DNA from: Gnetum montanum
Lineage: Eukaryota > Plantae > Gnetophyta
NCBI GenBank assembly: GCA_015680685.1
Contig: MNCI01001334.1
Location: 180,726-244,725 of the forward strand
Direction: 5' to 3'
DNA length: 64,000 nt
Shown here: positions 13,136 to 25,721 of the stretch, piece by piece
Position numbering within the stretch: the stretch's first letter is position 1
Layout of the letters: every line of letters starts with the position of its first letter
The notes under the pieces: generated by a model
Told to the model about the DNA's origin: nothing
What the model saw: only the letters and a program-made list of their open reading frames with translations
Database searches by the model: none
Made by a program: the position numbers and the translations under genes

Positions 13136-14573
13136 TGAAACACCACCAAATTTGCATGTTATAACCTTTGTAATCCCATTCCATGAAAACCCAACATAAA
13201 AATTCTTTATAAATGTGAAGGTTGTAATCCATGAGGGGAATTTTCATATATTTCACACTTTTGGGGCTGAAAAATTCCTCATAAGTGGTAAAAGCCTCAT
13301 TCCTCAAGTGAAAAGAATCACCTAGTATCTATATTTNTGTTGTAAACACTAGCAAGGGGATGGATCTCATCTACCCCTATCATGGAGGGATGTGGGTCAC
13401 CTACTCCCAATGTAGAGGCATCAAAACTAGCATGGAGGAGGGCAAGGGGTGGATCTTACCTACCTCTTACATAGAAGAAGGGTAATGCTTAGCATGGAAG
13501 GGTTTTACCTTCATCCCCAGTTTTGATCTTTCATCCCCTCCCCCACCCAAATGTCAACACCTCCTCCCTAGTGTAGAAGCAACATGACCAAGATCTTGAC
13601 ATCACATCAACTACATGAAGAATCCTATAATGCTATCATGGAAGGTTGAAGACCTAGTGTGGAAGGAGTAAAGCCAACATGGAAGGTGCACCCTCATTAC
13701 TATTTTTGGTAAATGGAATGGCCATGGAGGCATGACACTTTCCATATATGGTGACACCCTAGATTTTGGGCACCTACCCCTTGGATGTGGCAAAAATTTA
13801 TAGCAATTTGTAGCCAATTCACAGCCCAATTTTTCAACCATTTGTAGCAAATTTGCAATCCATTTGATGACCAAAAACCTATAAAAAATAAAATTCCACA
13901 CCATTTCAAGGTTTCACACTTTGGCAATCCTAAGCATTTGGCATTTTTAGCCATTCAAGAACTCTTGGTACCTAGTAGGAACATAGCTTCTTGGGGCCTA
14001 CCAGCATAGAATCATTGTAGCCTTGTTACCCCTATTACTTTCCTTGGGATTTGTAAGCCTCGAGTGTTAATGTTACCCCATTGGGATTCCAAAATCTTAG
14101 TGTGGAGCATTTTGGTAACTCCAATTCTTCATATTTCTTCATCCTAGTAGTTGCCAATGCCACAGATTTTGAGTGGTGGTAGAGAAGGTTCGACAACATT
14201 GGGAGTGGATGAGCATCTAAATTGTGAAGTGGTTTTATCAACTTCAATGGATTTGGAAACCCCAAACAAGTGAACTCCCATTTTCTCTCCTATGGGCACT
14301 TTTGTGCACATCTCTAAACTCATTCTTTATCTATTCAATAAAGTTTACAATTCCATTTTGTGTGCAATTTGTATTCATTTGAGTTTTCAAATTTGCAAAT
14401 TTTACATTTTTTACAACCCAATTTTGCACCTCCTAAGTCCCTAGGTGATCTATCAGACCATCCAAGGCATCCTAAATCCCATTTTTCTTCAAAGGACCTT
14501 GGAATTTATGGTTGAAGTTGTTCATAGCTGAGAATCCTTGGCTTTCCAGTGGCCAAGATTTTTTGTTGCAACA
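13136..14573 (+). repeat. 3' LTR of Tat copy 1
   Basis: Starts TGAAACACCACCAAATTTGCATG and ends TTGCAACA. TATA (cctataaaaa, ~13878) and aataaa (~14337) present. No PBS follows. Homologous to 36657-38136 and 43821-45302. Confidence 0.88.
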
Positions 14574-17200
14574 ATAGCCCTATGTCTTTCTATGATATTG
14601 TGTATTAATTTATTTAATTGAGTTGATGTGGGCATAGCATGGCTTAACAGTTAATTGTATGAATAATTTTGTATGAAAGTGTTAGATGGTTTGATATTAA
14701 TAATTGCATGTGGATTATTTTAATGTAAGTTTTCGTTATTTTTGTTTTTCTTATTATTATAGTATTTTATTAAATTAGTTATCTTATGTTATGGGATTAT
14801 AATTAATTTGATTAAGCTTTCCTTGGATGAAGAAGTTACATGAGTTACAAGGATTATGGGAGATTGATTTCTATGTAGTGTTAGTTATGATAATTGATGT
14901 ATTTTTGCTTTACTTGATTTTTGGATGATTTCATTAAAAATCCCACAACTCTCTATCCAAACACAACAACATTTGATTTCTAAAACAAGAGGTATTGTTG
15001 GAATTTAGAGCTTGTGATGGTGCAAGGATATTTCACTAGTTTGAGATCGTAAGTAGCATAAGATCCATGATTGAGCATTTTGTGTTGCATGGATTTTTGT
15101 GCTTATTTTAGGTGAGTAATCTTGATTACTTTTCCATTTAGTTTGATTAGTAAGATTTTGTGCACATTAGTAGGGATGGATGTTATTTAATTTCAATAGA
15201 ATTGTAGTAACATTAACATTTCTATGAGAATTATGATTTGGGAATTTGGTTTTACTTTATATGAATGAATTAAGTGATTCTTGGTGCTTTGATCTACTAT
15301 TTCAATTGCTATAATTTCATTATGTTGATTTTAGGCTTTAAGGCTTTTGTGTAGTAATTTATTAGATTCAATAGTAAATGATAAAATGATTGTATCTTAT
15401 AAGACTATGATCTTTATATTCTTGAACTCTTTAGGAAAGTTTCTAGAATTTCAAAATAAGAAGCATCTAAAAAATTGGAATAGAATTGGAATTATAGGCT
15501 ATTCTTTTTATGCTATTTGTAATCACATCAATTTTGGTGGCATAAATTTAAAGGTCTATATCTCATATTTCATACTAGATATTGAGCTAAATTGTTTTAC
15601 TACATAATCCTCTATATTTTAGATTTTAGATATATTAGGAATCATTGAGAAAAATTATAGGTTGGCCTAGTTATAAGCCATTCTTTCCTTGCTATTTGAA
15701 AATACATTAGATTTTATAGTAAAAACCTATTGGTCTAGATATCTTAGACTACATCTAATCTTAACATGAAATATTTCCAAATCATCCCTTGAATGTTAGC
15801 TTTTAAAAAAAATCAAGAATTACTAAAAATTATTTTAGAATGATCTAGTTATGATTGAATTATTTATAGTTACTCTTTCTATCATAGTTTCAAACAAAAT
15901 CCAAAGGCATAAATTTAGAGCTTAATACCTCTTTCAAAATATTAAATATCTTACTAAAATTTTACAAAATATAGATTTAGAGATTAGATTTAAAATGGAA
16001 TAAGAATCACTAGAGAAGGCAAAGTAATGAAAGAGATATGATAGTTTTACTAACTATTACACATTCATATTTAATCTAATTCTTAAAATAACTTGGAGAG
16101 ATGGGGCATCTTGATCTCTAATGATAAGATTAAAATTATGAGTATGAGAGGTTGTGGCCAAGTCATGATATGTTAGAATTAGGTATGTTTCATCCATCTA
16201 TAGTATTGAAACTTGGTTTAACCTCTTTCTACTTTATTTAACTCAGCTTGGAGATTTTGGTTTGTGGGCATGGCAATTTTCGTTCTAAGGTCGATTGTTG
16301 GATCTTTTGATTATTTTGGGATATGTCAAATCATTGGATCTCTTGATTGTTTTGGACATGTAAAAAATGATGTTTAGAATCCCTCCACTACCAATGTCTA
16401 GTTTTCCTTATTTACCTTTCTTTGATGCTTGTATGGATGATTGGTTTTCAAGAGCTAGTACTAAGTTGTATGGCTAGTTGAAGATGGGCTCCCTAAAGAT
16501 GGTTTTGTGATTGATCCTCACTAGGATGCATTAATGTGGATCTTGATATAGGTCCTATCTTTCAAGAAAGGATGATTCATAACTCATTGATTATTTTTAT
16601 TTTGGTACATCCAAAATTTTAGGTGTGATATTTTGATTCAGACCTTTAGCATCAACAAGTTTGGGAACCTTGAAGGTAATGTCCTAGGTGATGTCTTAGG
16701 TTTAGTTGAGGCTAATAATCAATTCATGAATATGGTATTTTGGCATTTAAAATTTAAAAACTTAAAAAAGTACACATGATAACTATGATACATTTAACAT
16801 TGAGTGTAGTCTATGCTAGTCTCCTTATTTGCAGGTTGATCAATGAAGTGGATAGTTTGATTAGATTAGATTTGTTGGATGTTTTGGATTGATGTTTGAT
16901 GTGTGCTATTGGATGTTTAGATTTATTGTACATACTAACATGTTTGTTGACTAGCATGTCATCACCTTGCTACCATGAGACTTGTTCTTAGTTTAGCTAG
17001 AAGATGTGCTAAGATTTCTTACTCAACATATTCCAACTCTTTCTTTGAATTACAAGTCACCAAAGCTAGGTGAACCATGGAGATTATTTAGTAGCATCAA
17101 TAATTTATAGATTTTATGCTTATGATAGTTTGTCATAGTATTTATTTGTTTGCATATATGTATAACATTTGATTCACATCCTTAATTATCTCTCTTTAAA
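14574..17200 (+). mobile_element. Very old LTR-element remnant, possibly chromovirus (Tekay/Del-like) LTR plus eroded PBS
   Basis: aaaattttaggtgtgata|ttttgattcagacc at ~16613-16645 resembles a decayed ...GGGGTGTGACA + TGGTATCAGAGC junction. No coding motif recognised. Confidence 0.25.
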
Positions 17201-17519
17201 TTTTATGTATTGGATTATCAATTATGATGCATAGTTGAATAGAGTTATTACGATTAATGATTTATGAGTACTTTTAGATTTATAGATGTATTATGTATCT
17301 TTCCTTTTAGTTAATTTAAGTTTCAATTATTATATACATCAAGTATGTGTGTAGTTACTTAATTATATTTCTTCCTTTAACTATTTTAGTCTCTTTTTAT
17401 CCTTTTGGTCATGGTTTTACCATATGTTTTCCTTTTGGTATGTTAGGTTGATTTGATTTTTATTTTTATGCTATGACCAATCATTAGTTAGAATTTTTAT
17501 GCCTGACGTAATGCTCTTC

Positions 17520-20057
17520 AACATAAGGCTAAGAAGAAGGATGTTACCTATTGTCTACCTCCATGAAATAAGATAAGAAGGGGAGAAAGCTAAAGATTTA
17601 GGCTAGGGTTATAAACTCTTCCACTTAGGAGAAATTATTATAATTGAGTGGTCATCATAGCTGAATAATTTATCAAAGATAATATAGTACAAGTATACTA
17701 CTATGATAACCAAGTTTTAGGTTTCAAACTTATGCTTGAAAATGAGATCATTAATATTATTAGCATATATGCTTCATAAATTGGCCAAGAAAATTTCATT
17801 AAGCAAGATTTTTTGGATTTTATAGATTAGGAACTTCAAAAAATTTCCTAGAAAGAAAGCACATTTATTGAAAGGGATTTTAGTGATCATGTTATATATA
17901 TGAATATGGAATATGATAGGATTCATATAGGATCTAAATTTGGAGAGCACAATAAATTGGAGATTTACTACTACAATTTGCAAGTGTTGATTACTTTGGA
18001 ATTACAAATACTTATTTTTAAAAATGAAAAAATAATTAATTGTATATAATATTGGTATGGATAAAACAAAAATTGATTATTTCTTGCTACGTAAAAGAAA
18101 GTAGGCCATGTGCAAAGATTGCAAGGTCATACCTAGAGGATGCCTTGCAACTTAGCATTAACTAATGATAATGAATTTAGTTATCTAGAGCTTCAAAGGT
18201 AGCAAAAGAAAATAAAATAAATGGATAAAAATCGTGAAATTTAAAGGAAGATAACATCACCTTATTCAGAGAATAGTTGCTTCATTATGGTACATTGAAA
18301 TTTGGATTTCTCTACAAATTTAATTTAGGGAAAAATGAAAAGTTGCATTTAAAAAATTGAAAAGAATAAGTTGGATGAAATAACAAGTAAAAAATACATC
18401 ATAAAAGAGACATGGTGGTGGAGTAATGAAGTGTGATGATGTAGTGATGAGGTTCAACATGCTGTTCTAAAGAGAAAAAAGGGAAAAAAAAATACTTTAA
18501 GGAATGATAACAAAGTGGTAGCCAAGAAAATAAGTTGATATAAAAAATGACAAAAAGGAGGCAACATTAGTAGTAACCAAAGTTAAAGATAAGGACTTGG
18601 ATAGCTTTTATGAGAAATTAGAAATAATGGCAGAAGAAAATTCTATTTATAAATTAACAAATATCAAAAACCAAAAATATAAGAACATTAATCATGCAAA
18701 TGCATCAAAGAAGCTAAACAAAGAATTTTGATTAAAGATAATGAAATTTAAATAGTTGGAAAATTTATTTTTTAAAAATTATTAAATGAAGAATTCCCAA
18801 GAGAAGGCATCCAAGAAGAAGAACTAAATTTTGGTTTGGTTATTAAACTTTTCTTTTTTGAGGTGAAGACAATCTTATCAAAGAGAAAAATTGGAAAAGT
18901 TATTAGACTAAATAACATTTCTATAGAAGCTTGGAAAGTAATAACAGATACTAGAATTTCTTGGATGATATTATTAGTTAACAAAAATTTAAATGTTGAA
19001 CAAATATTGAACAATTGGAGAGAAAATGTTATTTTTTTCACTTGGAATGTGGATGATCTAGAATTTTAACTACAACTTGTGATTGCCTCATGGTCAAACA
19101 TTCAAAATAAGGTAGATTCACCGTAACTCATGATGTACTTATGGTTTATCATCAGATCTTGTGATATCCAACAATTCAAAATTTTTATCATTGATCATCA
19201 ACATAAATTGTGGTAAACTTGTGGAATATTTAGAAATTAATTCTCTCTATCTCTATTACAGTCATGACTCATGGTTCACTCATGGTCACTTAAATTTTGA
19301 GTTTTTTCATATGTAAAACCAAATTTTAAATATTCACCATCATGTCATATTAGCCCTCTCATCCCTATAGTCTTCATTGACTTGGAAAAAGCATATGATA
19401 AAGTATCTAGAGATATTATTTGATGAGCGTTGTAGAGAAAAAACATCCTTCATAAATATATTAAAATGATTCAAGACATGTATGAAGGAATTACCACAAA
19501 TTATAATAGCTTGTATAATAACATATGATTTTATAGTTATAGTAGGCTTACATCAAGTGTCTATGATTAGCTCATAATTAGTTACCATTATTATGGATGA
19601 ATTAACCAAGGAAATACAAAAGGAAATCCCATCATGTATGTTATTTACAAATGATATTATGTTGGCAGATATAGTCTATGAAAATATTACTTCTAAAAGG
19701 CAGAAGTGGAGATATGCTCTAGAATCAAAAGGATAAAAAAATAGTAGAAGTAAAACAAAATATATAGAATGAAATTTTAATAATAGCATAAATAGTGTTG
19801 AAATAGAAGTGACAATTCAAGGCTAAAAAGTTCTTTATTGTAAATAGTTTCACTACCTAGAATAAATCCTTGAATTATATGGCAAAATAAATAAAGATAT
19901 AAAAAATAGAATTAAGGCAAGATGATCACAATGAAGATAGGCTAGTGACGTTTGATGTGATAAAAGAATACCAATAAAACTAAAGTGGAAAGTTTATAAG
20001 ACAACAATCAACCATACTATCTTGTATGATAATGAATGTTAGGTACTACAAAAGATG
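17520..20057 (+). mobile_element. RTE-clade LINE, 5' part (AP endonuclease + RT remnants), interrupted by the Athila-like element
   Basis: Degenerate KGEKAK, INIISxYA, NTYFK...IDYFLLRK, VFIDLEKAYDKV (~19370), VGLHQ, CMLFxNDI, and KFYKT...LYxNEC immediately before 20058. Confidence 0.85.
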
Positions 20058-20950
20058 TGATAGAATGAATTTTTGAGAAGCTATGATATTGGATATCCAA
20101 TATCATAGCCACAATATCATGTATTGGATATCAAATCCCAAGCTATGATATCAAATATTTGATATCATGCCACACGTGCCTACCTATAAATATGACACTT
20201 AGGCACATGATCCATAACAAAATTTCATCTACCCTTACCGAAATTTGTTTAGTTTGTTTTTGTGAATTTAGACATAGCAACTAGAAGTGTGAATTCCTGT
20301 AGTGTAGTGTGAACTAGTGAATGACATATTTATTTGGGCATTTTGCACTTGGGCACAAGTGTGATCCAAAATAAATATTGAGCTATTTTCTAGTATTGTA
20401 GCATTCTCCTAGATTTACTATTTACACTTAGAATAATTTTCTTACTATTTCCTAGCTTAATGATTTACTTTTCTAAAGCACTTTACTATTACATGTTCAT
20501 GTTAAGTAGAATGAGTATGACTAATCTCAAGCACTTAAGTATAATTGCTTGGTAACCTAGTAGTGCTATTGCTTGCTATGCCTAGTAGTGGTACACTTGG
20601 TAATCCAGTGGTAGTTACACGAAGCGTAAGACGTGTACAGAAGATTAGGAATGGATATGCCTCCCACTAGGCTAAACTAGATTCATTATTCATTTTAATT
20701 AGTTTATAGGTCATCTTTATATTCACCATGTTTTCTAGAAGCCAAGTGGGCCAAACAACATCACTTACCTTATACCTCACGAAAAGCTAAACCATAGAGT
20801 TCAATTTCATTAGCTCCATGCGGGAAGATGATGATCATGAAATTAAACCAATTACTAGCATATTAACATTATTTTATCCATGGATTATGATCTATGTGTG
20901 AATGCCTATGACTTGTATGGTTGGATGTTGAATTACTACACCACTCATCA
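20058..20950 (+). repeat. 5' LTR (893 bp) of Athila-like element
   Basis: Colinear with 30735-31408 + 32194-32385. TATA cctataaata at ~20183. Perfect 30-bp palindrome at 20080-20109. Confidence 0.92.
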
Positions 20951-20951
20951 T

Positions 20952-20969
20952 TGGCATCGTTGCCAGGGA
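20952..20969 (+). promoter_or_regulatory. Primer-binding site, tRNA-Asp type
   Basis: TGGCATCGTTGCCAGGGA vs Athila-type TGGCGCCGTTGCCGGGGA. All 3 differences are G>A or C>T. Confidence 0.88.
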
Positions 20970-21079
20970 CAAGTTAATGTATGTTGAGAAATTGATTACA
21001 CAAAGTTCATTGTACTTGAAACACAAAGTTAGAATTCATAACTCTAACTAAGCATACTTAAAAAATGTCTTAAATCATA

Positions 21080-23327
21080 ACATGGCTTCAAACAAGAATA
21101 AAACATCCCCTACCAAGGAATCATAGACAAGCAATGATAGAATCAATGAAGAGGAGGACTAGAGTATGCCAATGCAAACAAGGATCTCGTATGCTCATCA
21201 TGATCCTTACTATCCTAATTTTACATGCATATTTCATCAAGACAGACAACTTAGGTGGAGAGATCTTCAAGGGAACATTGTTCTACCATGAAAGCATTTA
21301 GCATCAATTATTCTCCAAGCTGCTATCAAGGAGATGAAACTAGGTGAAGCACTTAGGAGGGTATCATGAAACCAAATACATGACCCGATCATATGAACCC
21401 ACTGATGATCAATTAAGAAAAGATAATTCCATGGAAACTAAACATGAATAAGATAACGAAAAGATAGTGAATTCTACTATTGTCTTGGAGGAACTTGATG
21501 AAGATTTATTCATTGCTAAACATCTCCATCAAAATCATGAGTTCTAGTCTCAAATGCCTATCATTTGACTAGAGAAACATATTAGAAATAAATCACACTC
21601 TAAATTAGAAGAGATACTCTAGAGGAAGGCAAAAGACTGAAGGTACAAGCAAAAAACTCAAGGTCAAGAGTTCCTTATAGATCCCATAGAGATGAACATT
21701 AGAGTAATCATAGGAGGACAAGCTGACACCATTCTCCTACTACCTCATTTGCATCTTCATGATTATTAGAAGAATCTAATAAAAGGAGGAAAATGTACAA
21801 AGACCATGATAGGAAAGAGAGGAGAACTCATGAATGTCATGACTAGCATTCCAGATATTTTGATTTAGAAGATGAAGAGTACAAACAACGTAGACATAGG
21901 GATTGTAGAGGTCACAAAAGGGATGAGCATAGAAGGGGGCATTACTACAATTGAGTACATGAACCTAATCAAGATGATGAACCCCTGATGGCTACTTGAA
22001 ACATGATTAAAATACAGGAAGATATACACATTCAAACTAGGCATGTGAGGGATAACCATATCAAATGACTTCATATGAATAACATGAAAAGATTTGAAGA
22101 TGGTTAAAATTCTGATCCAAAACACAACCTATAAGCTTTCCATGATGCCTTTGTCCTATAGAACATTGAAAGTAATTGGAAAAACTTGAAGTTGTTCCCA
22201 AGAATACTTGTCAAAGAGGTAGAGAGCTAGTATTAATTAGTTGAGCCTAAATCAATCAGAAGATGGAGTATCATTCTAGAGATTTTCAATGACAAATACC
22301 AAACCTACTCATAGATTTCTAACTTAAGAAAAAAAATCCAAGGATAGAAGAAAGGGTTTCATGAAACCCTTAATGCAATAATGGGTAGGTACTAGTCATT
22401 ACTACATAGATGCCCAAGTAATGGATTCTAACAAAGGGAGCAACTAAGGCACATTGTAGATGGGTTATGAAATAAGACTAGGAAGACCCTTGGGATTTAT
22501 GCCCAAGGTATATTATCAAAATGATTGCCCATTGAATTTAGAGACTAATCAACCAAGTGAAGAATGAAGAAGGTGAGTTAAGAAAGAGAAAATCAATAGA
22601 AGAGTATAACAGAGATCCATCTATTAGGAAAAGAGATGCATGAGTTTGTGATACCTAAGAAAAAAAAACCTTGAAACAAAAAATCCAAAAGAAGACTCTA
22701 GCAATTTTAAAAACTATAATCAATATTGCAATAAAGGTAATAAAAATGTGGGACTCAGTAGATGAAAAATATGCAACTACATGAAAGATTGTAGAGGATA
22801 GAATGAAGTAGGCCTTTGGAAAAGGGAAAGATAAGAAGAAGAAGAAAGAGTTTGGAAAAAAGGGCAAAGTGGCTATAGTGTCTGAGTGTTTAGACACTAG
22901 CTTCATCAATGAGAAAGGATGTGCCATGTGTTAGTATGAACATATCAAGGGTTGTTGCCTAGTAATGGCACATTTATAGGAAATGGGGGCATATGTAGTT
23001 AATCTTAAATTTGTCAAAAAAAGGCCAAAAGGTTACCTTATCCCCAAGGTAACTATAGGTAGAATTTCCAACCAACATACTATCATAGTAAAGCTTTGCC
23101 ACAACCACAAGAGCATTACCATCAGGAGTGGAAATAATGCCAATCATGGGCCATGCCATCACCTTGCCAACAGCATCCATATCAAAAACCTCATCCTTAT
23201 GGATACCACATCCAACATGTAGTTTCACTAGTAAATGCAACCATACAAACTTCACAATATAATCCACCTGAGTACCATAGAATAACATCACCAAGAATGG
23301 ATCCTAGCTCTTTGTCTCATGGAATTG
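21080..23327 (+). pseudogene. gag: gag remnant
   Basis: LFPRILVKEVES*Y*LVEPKSIRRW (gag core, ~22190). CxxCxxxH-type knuckle near 22920. Q/P/Y-rich tail (ORF 23153-23335). Confidence 0.7.
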
Positions 23328-23696
23328 GTGCTTAGCATCTTCCATAAAGCAAATTTGGAATGGTGCAAAAGTTTTTATTAATGATTTTTTGACATACGGG
23401 TTAGATTTCAAACAAGCACTAGACTGGTTGAAACAAGTACTCAAGAAATGTGTTGAAACAAATCTTAAGCTCAACTGGCAAAAAAGCTATATTATGGTCT
23501 AGATAGGTATTTGTGCTTAACATCTTCCATAAAGGAAATTGGGAATGGTAAAAAAGTGCTTATGGATGATTTTTCGATGTATGGACTAGATTTCAAACAA
23601 GCACTACATCGATTGAAACAGGTACTCAAGAAATGTGTTGAAACAAATCTTAAGCTCAATTTGCAAAAAAGCTATATTATGGTGTAGATAGGTATA
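23328..23696 (+). repeat. Tandem duplication of ~185 bp containing the RT xMDD motif
   Basis: Copies at 23328-23512 and 23513-23696. Both begin gtgctta and end agataggtat. Confidence 0.9.
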
Positions 23697-25721
23697 GTGC
23701 TAGGACATCAAATCTCCCAAAATATTATTGAAGTGAATCCTGAAAAGATTAGAATAATCTAAAATATCACTCAAAATCCATAAATAGTGAAAAATGTGAG
23801 ATCATTCTTGGGCCACATTGGATACTATAGAAGATTCATAGAAAATTTTTTAAAGATAGCCAAAATTCTTATAGAGCACATGAAGAAGGATGCATCCTTC
23901 AAATGGACAAAGTCATGTGAAAATGCATTCGAAGCTTTGAAGCAAAAATTAGTGGAGACACCAATCCTCCAAGCTTTGGATTGGTTAAGACCTTTTCATA
24001 TCATGACTGATGCTTCCAACTATGTGCTTGGTGTAGTATTGACATAATTAGGTAATCAAAAGAGGCCTTACTACATTCACTGTGCTAGCATGAGCATCAC
24101 TAGAGCATAATTAAATTAAATCATAATAGAAAAAGAGCTAATGGCTATGATGTATGCACTTGAAAAATTCAGAAACTATCTGCTTGGGTACCACATCTAT
24201 GTCCATATTGATCACAAAGCCATTTTATTTCTCATGAATAAATTAGTGGTCAGTTGTAGAGTGATATGATGGTTGGTAATCTTGTAAGAATTTGACATCA
24301 TGATGATCGATAAAAAGGGAACAGAAAATCTGGGTAGCTAATCATCTATCAAGGTTAAAATGGAATTCTAAAGATTAATTAGAACCTTTATTGAACTAAT
24401 TTCCTAATGAAAATATGTTTATTAAAATGGTACAGGCTGTAAATTCAATAGGGAAGCCATGTATCACATATTATCTAACTTATCTATTAACATAGGAGCT
24501 CCCTACTGAATGGAGTAGAAAACAACATGAGCAATTCCTTCATAGAGCAAAATAGTATATGGAAATCAATGGCAATCTATAAAATATCTATGCAGATGGG
24601 TTTGTTAGATGGTGTATGCTAGAATGTGATGAATAAAGAGTTTTATATTATGCCCATGAAGGCTCATGTGGTGGCCACTACACAGGGTGCAGAACAACAC
24701 TTAAGCTAATGATGGTAGGATACTTTGGGCGTAACTTATTCAAAGATGCCCACACTTTTGCATACTCTTGTCTACAATGCCAAAGAGATGGAGGAGTTAC
24801 AACTAGATATGAAGGCCACAACATTGGATATATCCACTTGAACTATTTGAAATATAGAGAATTGATTTCATGGGACCCATAACACCAATGTTGAATGGGA
24901 AAGGATATGTCATTGTGATTGTGGATTATTGTATGAAGTGGATAGAGGTAACAGTAGTAAAATATTGTACAATAAAGATAGTTACCAAATTTTTTCAACA
25001 ACATGTGATGAATAAATTTGGAGTACCAAGGATGCTTATATCAGACGATGGGACTCACTTCACAAATGCTATATTCAAAAAGCTCATGTAATAACTTGGG
25101 GTGAACCATAACTTAACAACATCATATTATCCCTAAGAAAATGGTTAAGCCAAAGTGACTAATCATAGAATTACTAGAATACTTACTAGAATGATTTATA
25201 GATTTAGGAAAGACTAGAGAACTAAACTGAATGAAACTCTATGGGCCTATAGGACATTTTGGAAATTACCTATAGGGTACTCACCATACAAGTTAGTGTA
25301 TGGTAAGTTGCCAATGCTTCCAATCTAGGCATAGCTTCACACTCTAGCTATTGCCAATGAACTTAACCTTAACTTGAGCTTAGCCTAATAAGAACATCTC
25401 ATGAACTTGAGTCTCTTAGATGAGAATAAGCTCATAGCACTAATTAGTAATGAAGTCCATAAAAATTACTCAAAAATTAGGCAAAATACACAAATAAGAC
25501 ATGTAACTATACAACTAGGTGATGAGGTCCTCTACTATAATCCTAATCATCTACCCCAAAAGGCTAAATTCCAGATATTTTGGAAGGGACCATACATTGC
25601 TCAAGCCACTTATCCATCTAGTGCCTTACATATCTACCACTCATCTCATCCATATAATCTTATTCTTTTCAACATACAACAAGTCAAACTTTATTATGAA
25701 TATTTCAAGGAATCTACTTAG
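23328..25721 (+). pseudogene. pol: pol remnant: C-terminal RT, RNase H, integrase; protease and N-terminal RT absent
   Basis: LMDDFSMYG. ORF 23787-24047: VRSFLGHIGYYRRFIENF...FHIMTDASNYVLGVVL. HEGSCGGH. ORF 24870-25091: VDYCMKWIE...ISDDGTHF. ORF 25401-25721: WKGPY. Confidence 0.92.

Larger units (their letters stand above)
1..14573 (+). mobile_element. Ty3/gypsy Tat-lineage LTR retrotransposon, copy 1 (3' two-thirds: antisense gene, spacer, RT-RH-aRH-INT, 3' LTR); 5' part lies left of the window
   Basis: Tat-type pol remnants at ~8500-11925. LTR at 13136-14573 is homologous to the LTRs at 36657 and 43821. Bases 1-4050 are colinear with 50709-54587 of copy B. Confidence 0.85.

Noticed and set aside
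13023-14265. ORFs inside the Tat LTRs (also 36722-37015, 44012-44701) as coding
   Set aside because: They are short, not consistently conserved in strand or frame among the three LTRs, and have no recognisable motif.
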